IMG/VR virus record: IMGVR_UViG_3300012953_002453
Length of the DNA: 20,000 bases
Reading direction: 5' to 3' (one strand)
Origin: an uncultured virus (IMG/VR IMGVR_UViG_3300012953_002453)
Taxonomy: Duplodnaviria; Heunggongvirae; Uroviricota; Caudoviricetes
Shown: positions 7,775 to 15,525 of the stretch, piece by piece
Layout: each line of letters begins with the position of its first letter
Numbering within the stretch: position 1 is the stretch's first letter
Notes under the pieces: generated by a model
What the model saw: only the letters and a program-made list of their open reading frames with translations
Told to the model about the DNA's origin: nothing
Database searches by the model: none
Translations under genes and position numbers: made by a program

Positions 7775-7803
7775 ATAATACCATAGTTCGTAGCATATGT
7801 CAA
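7775..7803 (-). promoter_or_regulatory. Strong sigma70-type promoter for cobT-like gene
   Basis: TTGACA (7803-7798), 17 nt, TG-n-TATTAT (7780-7775); A-tracts upstream; near-copy of the cobS promoter. Confidence 0.85.
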
Positions 7804-7971
7804 GCACTTTCCGAGCATTATGCTCATTTTTTTTCACTTTTTTTATCCGTATGGAATATAGGGTTTTGTGTATATCTTATCAATTTCTGCTGAAATCGTC
7901 AAAAAACGAGGGGCTAGGAGGGCGGACAAGAGGGTTTAGGGAGCTCCCGTGAGTGTTAGTATCTGCCGGAT

Positions 7972-9120
7972 TTAGGGTTTTTGTAGTATAAAGACTGGCT
8001 CGTATTTAGCGCCACTCTCTTGTGATGATAGTTGAAGCTTGTATGTATCAGTATGTTTGAAGCCTTCCTCAACTGCGATTCGCACCGTATCGTCTTCAAA
8101 GGTTTTATGTGATTTGATATTCGCTACATTCAATCCCATAAACTTACCTGGTTTCAATCCTTGATAAACATTCTTAATAGTCTCTCGTAAGAAGCCATTG
8201 TTCCAATCTTCATTAGTGCTGAAGTTTTTAAATGATTGTTCAGCGTCATCACTATATTGTTCCCAATTGAAATACGGTGGACTTGTAAATGCAAAGTCTA
8301 GTGTATTCTCTTTAGGTTTAAATGTTTCACTACCTTGTTTATTTAAGAAGTAGTGTCTATTAGGATTAGCGTGATTTGCTTTAATTTCTGTTAGTCCTTT
8401 AAATGTCAATGTCGCTGGGTCTGTACCTACATAGTTAATATCTGAAATCATTGCACCGAGTATACGACCACCATAACCCATACTCATATCCCAGACTAGT
8501 TCTCCAGGTTGCATAAAGTTTTGATATAAACAAGCAGCTGCTGTTGGTCTGAAATTAGATACACATTGAGTACCTGTATATCTTCTTAATAGACTTCGCA
8601 TTGTACTTTCTGCTTTGTGTTTTGCTTGGTCGCTTGTATGTGTCTCATTACCATATATGTCATATGAAATAGGTTTCAATTGATTTACTGAATACTTACC
8701 AAAGAAAGAACCAGTTAATAGTTTCTTAATACCTTTCTTAAAGTGTTCTTCGTTCTCATATATCTCCATAGGAGTTTTCATCTTACCACATCTAATACCA
8801 AAACTATGTGGCATATAAGACCAAGCAAGTGATAGACCTTCTTGGTGTGGTTTGATTACTTTATCTTGTGTCAATAAATCTTTACAATTTACAGCAGATA
8901 GTTTAGCAAACTTTTCTTTTCTCCATTGTTCGTCTACAGAATAAAAAGGAAAGCCTCTAGTCTGCCAGTACTCATAGACTTCATCTATGTTTCTTTCTAG
9001 TTCAGCTTCATCGGTTATAACACCTTTGAGATTACCTTTACTTGTGATATTCTCTTCGCCTTGTATGTCAACAAACGCTTCTAGTGAAGCACTACCTTTT
9101 GTATCTGTAAGTTTTTTCAT
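7972..9120 (-). CDS. SAM-dependent DNA amino-methyltransferase (N4-C/N6-A), motif I before motif IV
   Basis: VWDMSMGYGGRILGA SAM-binding motif, YVGTDP, catalytic FTSPPYF, LKPGK. Confidence 0.82.
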   Translation of the reverse strand: MKKLTDTKGSASLEAFVDIQGEENITSKGNLKGVITDEAELERNIDEVYEYWQTRGFPFYSVDEQWRKEKFAKLSAVNCKDLLTQDKVIKPHQEGLSLAWSYMPHSFGIRCGKMKTPMEIYENEEHFKKGIKKLLTGSFFGKYSVNQLKPISYDIYGNETHTSDQAKHKAESTMRSLLRRYTGTQCVSNFRPTAAACLYQNFMQPGELVWDMSMGYGGRILGAMISDINYVGTDPATLTFKGLTEIKANHANPNRHYFLNKQGSETFKPKENTLDFAFTSPPYFNWEQYSDDAEQSFKNFSTNEDWNNGFLRETIKNVYQGLKPGKFMGLNVANIKSHKTFEDDTVRIAVEEGFKHTDTYKLQLSSQESGAKYEPVFILQKP

Positions 9121-9123
9121 ATT

Positions 9124-9405
9124 CTATTGTCCACTCATATCTGATTTACCGGTGCCTTTAGGTCCATTTACTGGAACTTTGTCACCATATTCTACGGTTG
9201 CATTGCCGTAGGCTTCTTGTTGTCTTATAGAAGTTAAATCAGGAAGAGGTGCTGTACCTTTGTCTTTACCGGATTCTACTTCTTGTTTATTAAATCTAGG
9301 TTTTCCTGATTTGTCTAAACTGCCGACATTCAATGGAAACCCAGGTCTTAACTTCTCTACTTTGCCACCTCTTTTTAAAAACTCTTCAACGGTTTCTTTT
9401 TTCAT
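9124..9405 (-). CDS. Small protein with SutA-like RNA-polymerase-binding motif at its N-terminus
   Basis: Start at ATG 9405 (ATGA overlap with upstream stop): MKKETVEEFLKRGGKVEKL, resembling the EEFLxRGGKV core of SutA; remainder polar, likely disordered. Confidence 0.6.
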   Translation of the reverse strand: MKKETVEEFLKRGGKVEKLRPGFPLNVGSLDKSGKPRFNKQEVESGKDKGTAPLPDLTSIRQQEAYGNATVEYGDKVPVNGPKGTGKSDMSGQ

Positions 9406-9551
9406 AGGTATTTCTTTTTGTACCACGCATAGAATCTTTTATCAGTAAAGTATTCTGCAATCGCATTAGCAGGAACTTGGTCACTTCTAATACAATCTGC
9501 TACATCCTGATAGTCTGTTATATCTACTTTGTGTTGTGTTTTCATTTTCAT
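9402..9551 (-). CDS. Small hypothetical protein (49 aa)
   Basis: MKMKTQHKVDITDYQDVADCIRSDQVPANAIAEYFTDKRFYAWYKKKYL; ATG 1 nt after the upstream stop, stop overlapping the next ATG. Confidence 0.7.
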   Translation of the reverse strand: MKMKTQHKVDITDYQDVADCIRSDQVPANAIAEYFTDKRFYAWYKKKYL

Positions 9552-9552
9552 A

Positions 9553-9711
9553 TTACTTAATGTTATTAGTGTTCTTCTTCTTTTTTCCTTCTCGTAGGAT
9601 TCGTCCATAATTAGGCCACCCAAACTTATCAGGACTTTCGCCAACATATCGCCAACGAATAACACCTGTGTTCGGATTCCTTTCGTATATTTTTTCTTTA
9701 TTTTTATTCAT
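9553..9711 (-). CDS. Small hypothetical protein (52 aa, not in ORF track)
   Basis: MNKNKEKIYERNPNTGVIRWRYVGESPDKFGWPNYGRILREGKKKKNTNNIK; tiles between a promoter and the next ORF. Confidence 0.7.
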   Translation of the reverse strand: MNKNKEKIYERNPNTGVIRWRYVGESPDKFGWPNYGRILREGKKKKNTNNIK

Positions 9712-9718
9712 AGTACTT

Positions 9719-9747
9719 ATTCTACACTACTTTCCCAAACTTGTCAA
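9719..9747 (-). promoter_or_regulatory. Sigma70-type promoter embedded in the methyltransferase 3' end
   Basis: TTGACA (9747-9742), 17 nt, TAGAAT (9724-9719). Confidence 0.7.
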
Positions 9748-10417
9748 GCAGGTCTAAACGATTAAAGTATGATTTATCAAAAACCTCTTTGTCTAGTTCA
9801 ACTCCAATGTATTGTCTTCTCATTTCTTTTGCAATCCAAGGTACAATACCACTACCAGCAAATGGGTCAAATACTATTTGATTCTCTTTTGATAGATAAT
9901 CAACTATAAGTTTAATAAAATTATCGTTCCACACATATAGATTGAAAGGACCTTTGATATTACCTAGTCTTTTTGTTTCGTATACTAATATATTCTTTAA
10001 CCAGTCACCACCTCTTTTGATAGTACCTTTCTTTGTGAATACAAGTGTATGTTGATAATTGAAGTAATACATATCTCTTTTTTCAACAGGAGTATTTCTT
10101 ACCATTATCTTATAGTCTTTTAATTTAAAACCATTTCTTATCATTGCTTGATGATATGTTATATGATTAGGTAGTATCTCACCATTAATCTTTCTATCTG
10201 TTTGAGATATAACTACAAAACCTTCATCTTTCGTAATTCTTGCCATCTGGTCGCAACTTCTATTTTGAAACTCTTGGTATTGTTCTATGTCTTTACCCCA
10301 CGGACCTTGTGATATATCAGGTAAACTAGTAAAGGTCAAATCAATACTCTTGTCTGCTACTTTAGGAAATATATCAAAAGCGTCACCGTGATGAAACTTA
10401 TTAACTACATCTTTCAT
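9722..10417 (-). CDS. N4/N6 DNA-methyltransferase-fold protein (beta order) with atypical catalytic motif
   Basis: HGDAF...SIDLTFTSLPD where TSPPY is expected; C-terminal VFDPFAGSG and YIGVELD SAM-binding motifs. Confidence 0.75.
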   Translation of the reverse strand: MKDVVNKFHHGDAFDIFPKVADKSIDLTFTSLPDISQGPWGKDIEQYQEFQNRSCDQMARITKDEGFVVISQTDRKINGEILPNHITYHQAMIRNGFKLKDYKIMVRNTPVEKRDMYYFNYQHTLVFTKKGTIKRGGDWLKNILVYETKRLGNIKGPFNLYVWNDNFIKLIVDYLSKENQIVFDPFAGSGIVPWIAKEMRRQYIGVELDKEVFDKSYFNRLDLLDKFGKVV

Positions 10418-10953
10418 TTTTTTATCTCCGGTATATAATATGCAAAGTGTATCAATCTTCTATTCCCACTTCCGTTGTTTGCTCTATGTTCAAATTGAGG
10501 TGATTGATTTAACCAGACAAATTGTCCTGGTCTACAGAATATTCTACACTTACTTACACCATATGGTATGCCATCTTTATCTAAAATGTCTTCACCTGCA
10601 ATCTCAATATAGTTTTCATTCATATCGTTACCTTCATCTAGGTATACTAATATGTTTGAATTAAATTTATCTCCTGCAACAAAGTCATTATGAAATTCAT
10701 TATTCTCTTTGGTTACTCCGTTCCACAAACCAGGTTCTTCTGTAAGTTCAAATTTAGGATATGTTTCTGATATAACTTCTTCTAGTTGTTCTTGTACTTT
10801 CTTAATCTCTTGTTTACAATTATCAGGTAGTTTTAAGTCTTCAGGATTGTAATCAATACTAGGAAACTTTACATCATCAAATATTTGTACATTAATATCT
10901 ACATCACCTGTATAAAAACCATCTTTAAAAAATGTTGTCATATCATACTTCAT
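10414..10953 (-). CDS. 2OG-Fe(II) oxygenase family protein
   Basis: FHND (HxD), ILVYLD strand, distal His in FEHRA, and RRLIHF carrying the 2OG-binding Arg. Confidence 0.72.
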   Translation of the reverse strand: MKYDMTTFFKDGFYTGDVDINVQIFDDVKFPSIDYNPEDLKLPDNCKQEIKKVQEQLEEVISETYPKFELTEEPGLWNGVTKENNEFHNDFVAGDKFNSNILVYLDEGNDMNENYIEIAGEDILDKDGIPYGVSKCRIFCRPGQFVWLNQSPQFEHRANNGSGNRRLIHFAYYIPEIKK

Positions 10954-11849
10954 TGTATACCTCCGGTTATTTCGTGTACTTCACTTTGATTTAGTCTTCT
11001 ACCAACACACCAGAATACATTAGTACCTTCATATATGTTTATGTTCTCGGTCATCCATTTATGTGCTTTTGCTTCGTATAAGTCATCTAACATAAATGAT
11101 TTTTCTTTAGGATAGTACTCTTCTGAATCCGTGTAGTTAGGATTTGTTATCTCCGTTTTCAGAGGAGTACTATAACTAGTTTTAGGTGTGTGAAATTCAA
11201 AAGGATAATCATTTTGTTCTATGCCAAAATAACTTCTTATATTCTTTGTTCTATCAGGTCCTACACCGACACCGATAACTCTTTTTACTTTCTTATTATA
11301 TTTCTTTAAACCATACATTACTGCTGACATCTGAATACCTACACCACAACTCATAACTAAATTGTCTATTTCATCTGGTAAGTTTTGCACTTGTTCGCCA
11401 TTAGTCTCTAACATCAATTCAGGTTCTTCCATAATCCATTTATCAAAAGATGTATAGAAGTATTTTTCTTTTTCTATAATATCTTTTGTTCTCTTTGCAA
11501 GTACACTATTGATACCGTGTCCTGCAACTATTCTTATCTCTCCACCATAGTATTGTGCAAGGTGCATTATATGGCGTTTTTGTAATGTTTCAGGTTTAGT
11601 ACCACCAACTGCAAATATTGATTTAAAACCAAACTCTTTTGCAACTCTACTGATAACACTAGCGGTAGGACTATGTACTGAAACAGATTGTATAACTCCG
11701 TTATTGTGTTCATTTTTTATCCTGTCTTTATATTTTTCAAACAAGGCAATCGTTTGTCTCATTTTGCCACCATTGACATCACCATATGGAGCAAACAAAT
11801 CGTCTCGTTTATAATATATATTATCGTATTTTTCTATGGGCGTCAGCAT
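10950..11849 (-). CDS. PLP-dependent fold-type II enzyme (ACC deaminase / D-cysteine desulfhydrase-like)
   Basis: LTPIE...YYKRDDL...NGGKMRQ with the PLP lysine; glycine loop SCGVGI; LDDLYEAKA matching the LDxxYxxKA motif. Confidence 0.8.
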   Translation of the reverse strand: MLTPIEKYDNIYYKRDDLFAPYGDVNGGKMRQTIALFEKYKDRIKNEHNNGVIQSVSVHSPTASVISRVAKEFGFKSIFAVGGTKPETLQKRHIMHLAQYYGGEIRIVAGHGINSVLAKRTKDIIEKEKYFYTSFDKWIMEEPELMLETNGEQVQNLPDEIDNLVMSCGVGIQMSAVMYGLKKYNKKVKRVIGVGVGPDRTKNIRSYFGIEQNDYPFEFHTPKTSYSTPLKTEITNPNYTDSEEYYPKEKSFMLDDLYEAKAHKWMTENINIYEGTNVFWCVGRRLNQSEVHEITGGIQ

Positions 11850-13020
11850 TAAATAATTTTCTCACTTTATCATTTGCAACAACATCAATAACTAAATGTG
11901 TTCTCCATTCGTCACCATTGTTAATTGCCATATGTGGTTTTCTAATATCTAGGTACCAGCAACTTCCTTCTTCCATATTAGTCATCACTTTAGTACCTGA
12001 AGTAGACCAACTTGTAAACTCTACATCTGGATTTGTTTTGATAGGTATATGTATTCTCATTAATCTACCATCTGCAATTCCTAGGTCTGGGTCTACTTGG
12101 TCTGTATGTCTTTGTAATTCTCCACCACCTGGTTTCAAATTCATAAATCTTACTCTATGTATTTCTGTTTCAAATACATCTAATATCTTTTCTACTAGAG
12201 GAAACTTCTTACGCCAATCTGTATCTTGTAATTCAAATTGTTCATCTTTGTTTTCTTCTTTCCACTTCTTATTCATTTCTACAGGTTTTGTAATAAACTT
12301 ATAATCAGAAGAATAACCTCTTAATGAGATTGCACTCCAAGACTTTGCTTTGTTGTAGTTTGAATAGTGATTAGTAAACTCTACTTCCATATCGTGTAAT
12401 TGTTTTGCAAGTTGTTTTGTAATATCATCAAACGATACATTCATAGGTTTCAATGTATACTTCTCATAGACAGGTATTTTTGGGTGTTGTCTATCTTCTA
12501 ATACATTACCTGCGTGTCTAAAATAAACGCCTATAATATCTGCAACTGAATTAAACTTACTACCTACATACTCAAATCCTGTCTCACTTGCGATATGTTT
12601 ATCAGGACCGCTTTCTTCATTAATAAACAACCATACATTATTATTAATATATTGTGTATCTTCCATTAATGTTGTAATAATATTTCTTTTATCAAATTCG
12701 TCTGTATAACCTAGATGTTTAATATGAATATCGCCAGGTAGTTTAGTACCTATCAATACACCAGGAAACATAAAGATATTAGATTTAACTTTTACTTGTG
12801 AATAGTGAATAAGACCTTTACCTAATAGTTGCAATTCATCTTTAGATAATGCTTCTGCAATATTGTTCTTCTTAAACTTGCTCATTTCGTGCTGAGCATA
12901 GTCATTATAAGAAGTAAATCTTTTTTCTAAATCTTTTAAATAATCTATTTGGAATCCTTTTTGCCAAGGTTTACTTTCTGTGGCTGGGACTCCTTCATTG
13001 CTTTTTGGTATCGTTTCCAT
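11821..13020 (-). CDS. Fusion: N-terminal GNAT-like domain plus C-terminal Asp/Asn beta-hydroxylase-type 2OG-Fe(II) oxygenase
   Basis: C-terminal LKPGGGELQRHTD, RIHIPI, EGSCWYLDIRKPHMAINNGDEWRTHLVID are clear AspH-family motifs. N-terminal IHIKHLG / VWLFINEE / GFEYVG pattern suggests a GNAT fold (weaker). AAGGAG RBS 8 nt before the ATG. Confidence 0.75.
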   Translation of the reverse strand: METIPKSNEGVPATESKPWQKGFQIDYLKDLEKRFTSYNDYAQHEMSKFKKNNIAEALSKDELQLLGKGLIHYSQVKVKSNIFMFPGVLIGTKLPGDIHIKHLGYTDEFDKRNIITTLMEDTQYINNNVWLFINEESGPDKHIASETGFEYVGSKFNSVADIIGVYFRHAGNVLEDRQHPKIPVYEKYTLKPMNVSFDDITKQLAKQLHDMEVEFTNHYSNYNKAKSWSAISLRGYSSDYKFITKPVEMNKKWKEENKDEQFELQDTDWRKKFPLVEKILDVFETEIHRVRFMNLKPGGGELQRHTDQVDPDLGIADGRLMRIHIPIKTNPDVEFTSWSTSGTKVMTNMEEGSCWYLDIRKPHMAINNGDEWRTHLVIDVVANDKVRKLFNADAHRKIR

Positions 13021-13817
13021 TTTTTCATCTCCTTTTCTGCCTTACGATATGCTAAGTCTAATTTTAGTTTGCTAACTTTCTGAACCATTAACTCACCTTT
13101 TTGGTGGTCGTATTCGTGTTGGCATACTCTACTCATCATACCATCTAAATGTGCTTCTTTTAAATCTCTATTCTCGTCTTCGTATTTCATAACACATTTA
13201 CGAGGTCTATTAATACTAACAAATAAAAAAGGAAAAGTCAAGCAGCCTTCTTTCATTAGTACATCTTCACTACTGGTCTGTATAATTACTGGATTAAAGG
13301 CCGCTATCTTCAATCCTTTTTCTATTGATTCGTGGTCTCCTGCAACAAACATATTGAAAGGTAACCCAATCTGTATCGCACTTAAACCGATACCACCATA
13401 TTTGTGCATAAGAGCAAACATACCGTCCACAAGTTCTTGTCTACTTTTTAGACCATACTCTTCTAGCATTTCATCTTTGAAAGGTGCTACAGGTTGTCTA
13501 ACTCTCGGATCCTGTGGTGGTAATAATTCGTATTGAAATGATTTAGGGTCTATGCCTTTTCTAATTTCAACATCTTTATTCTTATCTGTCATATCTTCAA
13601 CAAAGCCTTGGTCTCTTTGTTCATTTAATTTTTTCATAATATCTTTGTTATCAATCCATTGACCATCTTCTTGTTGTTCAACTTCACCTTTTTTAATCAT
13701 ACCTTCTGCTTGTTTCATCAAGTCATCTTTAAACTTTTCTTCTTCTGCAACAGACATTCTTTGTCTATCACCTGTATGAACAGCAGTAGTTGGATTATCT
13801 TTTAAATCTTTAGACAT
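12945..13817 (-). CDS. def: Peptide deformylase with long N-terminal extension
   Basis: Three PDF motifs: GIGLSAIQIG, EGCLT, QHEYDHQKG. Confidence 0.93.
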   Translation of the reverse strand: MSKDLKDNPTTAVHTGDRQRMSVAEEEKFKDDLMKQAEGMIKKGEVEQQEDGQWIDNKDIMKKLNEQRDQGFVEDMTDKNKDVEIRKGIDPKSFQYELLPPQDPRVRQPVAPFKDEMLEEYGLKSRQELVDGMFALMHKYGGIGLSAIQIGLPFNMFVAGDHESIEKGLKIAAFNPVIIQTSSEDVLMKEGCLTFPFLFVSINRPRKCVMKYEDENRDLKEAHLDGMMSRVCQHEYDHQKGELMVQKVSKLKLDLAYRKAEKEMKKWKRYQKAMKESQPQKVNLGKKDSK

Positions 13818-15525
13818 TTTCTAACCTCGTAAAGTTTTGGTACTTTTCAAATTTAATTATATTAGTAAATTTGTCAAACATAATATCTCCTTTATGTGAT
13901 ATGATAAAGACATTTTCTTTTGAAAGTGTAGCGATAATCTTAAAGAAGTCATCTGTTCCTTGACCATCTAAACTACTATCAAATATCTCATCAAGTATTA
14001 ATAAATTTGTATTAACGGAGTTTTTCATCTTCGCAATACTTCTCCAAGTGAATAGTAATGACAAGTCAATTCTCATCTTCTCACCTTCACTAAAATTATT
14101 GTAGTTAAAAGAATCCATATGTCTACTCTTAACCGTCTCTTTAAACTCTTCGTCTAAATGAAAAGATATAAAGAAGTCCATTGATTGTAGGTACTGATTA
14201 ATAAGTGTATTCATTACTGGAATATACTTCTTAATAATTTGTGCTCTTGCACCACTATCGTCTACAATCTGTCTTAATACATCAATATATTTCTTCTCTT
14301 CAATAACTTCGTCTCGCTCTGCTATTGTCTTAACTAGGTCTTGCTTCAACTTCAATATCTCTTCTTTGATATTTAGGCCTGAGGCATCCTCTACTTGTAG
14401 CAGTTCAATCTCATCTTGTATTCTATCACTATGTCTTTTAATCTCATCAACACTATGATTAAGTTTTGAAACATTTGTTTCTATAGTTCTAATAGTTTCT
14501 GATACTTTATCAAGGTTTAGTATCTTCTCTTCTGTATTAGTAATTTCAGTTAATAGTTGTTTATAACCTTCATTAAGTTTATCTACAGCAGCCTTCTCTT
14601 CATTGATTTTCTCTTGTTTGAAACCAGGTTCAAGTTCTTGTGTACAAACAGGACAATTAGTATTCTCTTCAAAGAATTTTAATGTTCTTTTGTGTGTCTT
14701 TAAATTAGTATCAATCTTACTTTCTAGTTTCTGTAATTGAAGAAACTTACTTTTAGTCGTTTCTTTGTTTTGTAGTTTTAATTTGTTTGTTTCAATTTCG
14801 TTATTGAGACTATTGATACGAACCATATAATCTCTTTTACCTTGTTGTGCTTTCTCTATGTCTTCTTTTTTTCTAGTGATAGCGTCTGTATCTCTACCTT
14901 GTAATTCTTCGTAATGTTTCTCTTGTAGATTAACTTTGTTTTCAATTAAATCTACCTGATGTCTCATTGTGGTAATGTCTTTGGTCAAGTCTTGTTGTTT
15001 ACTTCTTAACAATAAGTTCATACTTGCAAATACTTTAATGTCTAGTATCTCTTCAATTACATCCCTACGATAACTTGCTCTCATCTTCATAAATGGTTCA
15101 TAAGAAGAAGAACCTAAAATTACAACTTGACAAAATGACCTGTAATTAAGTTTCATTATATTCTGTTCAAGGTACTTTTGATAATCTATAGAAGAAGCAT
15201 CCTGATTTAATAAAATGCCGTCTTGGTATATTTCAAATATGTTAGGTTTAATACCTCTTCGTATTTTGTATTTCTTTGGACCAATACTAAAGTAAACTTC
15301 AACAACGGTATCAGCATTGTTGATTGTATTAACCATCTGGTCTTTTTTAATAATTCTAAAAGGTTTGTTAAACAATGCAAAGCATAAAGCGTCAAGTAAA
15401 GTTGATTTACCTGAACCATTAGTACCTATAATTAATGTCGTAGGTGATTCATTTAAGTTTACGCTGATTGGTGTATTACCTGTAGAAAGAAAGTTCTTCC
15501 AGGTTATGTTATGAAATATTATCAC
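13810..15525 (-). CDS. gp46: Recombination endonuclease ATPase subunit (T4 gp46, Rad50/SbcC-like)
   Basis: Walker A GTNGSGKST, coiled coil with CPVC zinc hook, signature FSEGE, Walker B LILDE, ISH. Confidence 0.97.
   Translation of the reverse strand: MIIFHNITWKNFLSTGNTPISVNLNESPTTLIIGTNGSGKSTLLDALCFALFNKPFRIIKKDQMVNTINNADTVVEVYFSIGPKKYKIRRGIKPNIFEIYQDGILLNQDASSIDYQKYLEQNIMKLNYRSFCQVVILGSSSYEPFMKMRASYRRDVIEEILDIKVFASMNLLLRSKQQDLTKDITTMRHQVDLIENKVNLQEKHYEELQGRDTDAITRKKEDIEKAQQGKRDYMVRINSLNNEIETNKLKLQNKETTKSKFLQLQKLESKIDTNLKTHKRTLKFFEENTNCPVCTQELEPGFKQEKINEEKAAVDKLNEGYKQLLTEITNTEEKILNLDKVSETIRTIETNVSKLNHSVDEIKRHSDRIQDEIELLQVEDASGLNIKEEILKLKQDLVKTIAERDEVIEEKKYIDVLRQIVDDSGARAQIIKKYIPVMNTLINQYLQSMDFFISFHLDEEFKETVKSRHMDSFNYNNFSEGEKMRIDLSLLFTWRSIAKMKNSVNTNLLILDEIFDSSLDGQGTDDFFKIIATLSKENVFIISHKGDIMFDKFTNIIKFEKYQNFTRLENV

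Noticed and set aside
9552..9665. N-terminal extension of the 9402..9665 ORF
   Set aside because: Overlaps a better ORF in another frame (9553-9711); ATG 9551 gives clean gene tiling.
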